A DNA stretch of 64,000 nucleotides from Carpediemonas membranifera BICM (lineage: Eukaryota; Protista; Fornicata), in contig JAHDYR010000069.1 in assembly GCA_019828565.1 (NCBI GenBank), positions 663,794 through 727,793 on the forward strand, read 5' to 3'. Positions 62,178 through 64,000 of the stretch are shown here, one piece after another. A program made the translations under genes and the position numbers. Each line of letters opens with the position of its first letter. The stretch's first letter is position 1. The notes beneath the pieces were generated by a model, which searched no databases, had not been told where the DNA came from, and saw only the letters and a list, made by a program, of their open reading frames with translations.

Positions 62178-63443
62178 ATGGACATCAACGCGGTCGTAAG
62201 CATGCTTCACCTTGTTTTGCCGCAGTTTATGGACGAAATGGATGTCTTCACAGGAAAGCACTCATCCTCTGAGCATTTGCGGTATCTCATGACAATGCTC
62301 GCCGCAGTCGATGTTCTTCGGGGATCCTCGCAATCCATAAGAGGCGAGCGCCACGGAAGGGCATACTCCAAGACTATTCACACCGAGTTCTTGCGGTCCT
62401 TCCTTTTGTTGGAGCGGGAAGTGCTCAACGAGGATCCAGAAGCGCTAGAGAAGATGGATGCATTGTATTCGGGCGATCGCGAGGAAACAATGAAGATTGT
62501 CGAAGTGCACGACGGAGAAGAGGATGAGCCACCCGTAACCAGCGCATCAAGCTCGCATAAGACAAAGAAGGCCCACAAGCGTCGGCTACTTTCGGCAAGG
62601 AAGACCCAGAAGCTAACCTTTCCGTCAGAGATTGTCCATCCCGATGATGCTGCCTTGCCGGTGGAGAGAAGTGCGTTCCTCCAGAAGTATCTCAAGACGA
62701 TCAAAGCTAGATTGCCTTCACTAGAGAGGTCAGTCGAGCGTGTGAATCGGCTGGGGGACATGCAAACTTCCCTGGCGTCACTCAACCATATTGCCGACAG
62801 CCTCTCTGAAGAGAACCTCACGGTGATGCGTATTTACGTTGCGTATAACCTAACTCTGTATGACTATATAGCGAAGGATAAGTTTACTGTGGACCCGATA
62901 ATTGCTCCAACAGCTGAACTGACTAAGATGGCCGAAAAACAACGCAGCGAGTTCATCAGCCGTAACCAGAGTTACTGCACAACCCGCACTCGCAGGACTA
63001 ACAAGTCAAGCTTCTATAATGATGTACAGAAACATGCCACGAATATGGGTGTGAAGAGCATAGAACGAAGCCACATCATCATCGGCATGATGTTGCTGAC
63101 ATACGCCGACTTCGGCAAGTTCCTGGAGGCTGGTTTGATTCCCAGGGACACGGGTGATGCGAGAGAGTTGGCAAACATGGTCTTGGAGAGCTTCTTCATG
63201 GCATATAACAGCGAGGGAGGAACGCGTGCAGCACTCATGCAGGAACTGAAGGATGGAGTAACTGACACAGACAGGCTATCGATGATGGAGCAAATGTTTG
63301 CGCTTTCTGTGGAGACGAACTCCCTGACGTATGTCAAGCCATCGCCCGAGACGGAATGTGAAGAGAGAAGTGGGTCTGGCAAGCGGAAAGGCAACGTGAC
63401 GGAGTCAGGCGATGATGATGGGAAGCGAGCACAGTTGGAGTAA
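62178..63443 (+). CDS. Hypothetical helical protein, probable paralog of 39401-41020
   Basis: Long open frame; IYVAY..KFTVDPIIAPTAEL vs RYVAL..KFITVPPLDLGLTPEM. Confidence 0.6.
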   Translation: MDINAVVSMLHLVLPQFMDEMDVFTGKHSSSEHLRYLMTMLAAVDVLRGSSQSIRGERHGRAYSKTIHTEFLRSFLLLEREVLNEDPEALEKMDALYSGDREETMKIVEVHDGEEDEPPVTSASSSHKTKKAHKRRLLSARKTQKLTFPSEIVHPDDAALPVERSAFLQKYLKTIKARLPSLERSVERVNRLGDMQTSLASLNHIADSLSEENLTVMRIYVAYNLTLYDYIAKDKFTVDPIIAPTAELTKMAEKQRSEFISRNQSYCTTRTRRTNKSSFYNDVQKHATNMGVKSIERSHIIIGMMLLTYADFGKFLEAGLIPRDTGDARELANMVLESFFMAYNSEGGTRAALMQELKDGVTDTDRLSMMEQMFALSVETNSLTYVKPSPETECEERSGSGKRKGNVTESGDDDGKRAQLE

Positions 63444-63450
63444 AGAAGAA

Positions 63451-64000
63451 TCAGTCAAATTTAAAGATAAGAGTGCAGTGCGGAGGAACACTCTTATTCT
63501 CCGAATTGTTGTTCATGCGAAAGAGGATGTATTTGTAGAACTCGGAGTCACTAATGCGATCTTCACTCAGAGCCTTGAACCATATGCTAAACTCATTCGA
63601 GAATGTCGCCAAAACATAGGCACACCATCGATCGAAGAGGGAAGCCTCGAAGTCGAAGGAAGCATGGATATAGGTTGCCAAGTCTTTCTTTCCGACTCGT
63701 AGGCCAACCTTCTTCCAGCGTAGCAGCTGGAGCTGACGGGAAATCTTTGATGTTGAAGAATCGATGGCATCATCGCTAATGTCTGAAAATGTCGAGTGCA
63801 CAATGCCATCACTCCATGATTCCCGAAGCTCATCAGTTTTTGCGAAAAAGACCGTTCTAGCTTGATCAGTGGTGAGCCAATATGAAGCAAACGCTTCCGC
63901 GCAATTTTGACGGACTCTTTCCATTCCTTGGTTGAAAGCTTTGATCCTGTCTACATTCAACATGCACCACAGCTTGTAGTAATGCTCAAACAATTGTTTT
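63451..64000 (-). CDS. Hypothetical protein, partial (start outside the window)
   Basis: Open frame of 180+ aa converging on the previous gene. Confidence 0.45.
   Translation of the reverse strand, partial: KQLFEHYYKLWCMLNVDRIKAFNQGMERVRQNCAEAFASYWLTTDQARTVFFAKTDELRESWSDGIVHSTFSDISDDAIDSSTSKISRQLQLLRWKKVGLRVGKKDLATYIHASFDFEASLFDRWCAYVLATFSNEFSIWFKALSEDRISDSEFYKYILFRMNNNSENKSVPPHCTLIFKFD

Noticed and set aside
1-64000. Naming the host species
   Set aside because: Compact, intron-poor, GC-rich eukaryotic DNA suggests a protist, but no marker gene is present to support a name.

Overview
Eukaryotic (probably microbial-eukaryote) DNA made almost entirely of nested mobile elements; I see no ordinary housekeeping gene, rRNA, intact tRNA or CRISPR array. 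From left to right: (1) the 5' part of a Ty3/Gypsy element (minus strand), inserted into (2) a head-to-tail array of four tyrosine-recombinase retrotransposons (DIRS order, PAT-like: split direct repeats plus a methyltransferase-like domain; 2362-24674). (3) The fourth copy is interrupted by a 6.05-kb LINE-like insert with a 14-bp TSD and (TTTC)n tail, whose ORF1 carries a Maelstrom-like DEDD/ECHC nuclease domain. (4) Two tandem RLE-type (CRE/R2-like) non-LTR elements. (5) A 16.7-kb DNA transposon with 75-bp TIRs (31406-48138) and a CMC/CACTA-like transposase. Its cargo looks like a chromatin/signalling toolkit: a histone H3-tail protein, a SET-like protein, a winged-helix/PHD protein, two CDC7-like kinases and a caspase-like/OTU protease fusion. 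(6) Three more Gypsy remnants. (7) A second gene block (59.2-64 kb) with paralogs of the transposon cargo. The strongest candidates for an undescribed system are the giant cargo-carrying transposon and the Maelstrom-carrying LINE. All domain calls are by-eye motif recognition, not database results. Many ORFs carry 1-nt frameshifts that could be decay, short introns or long-read indel errors.
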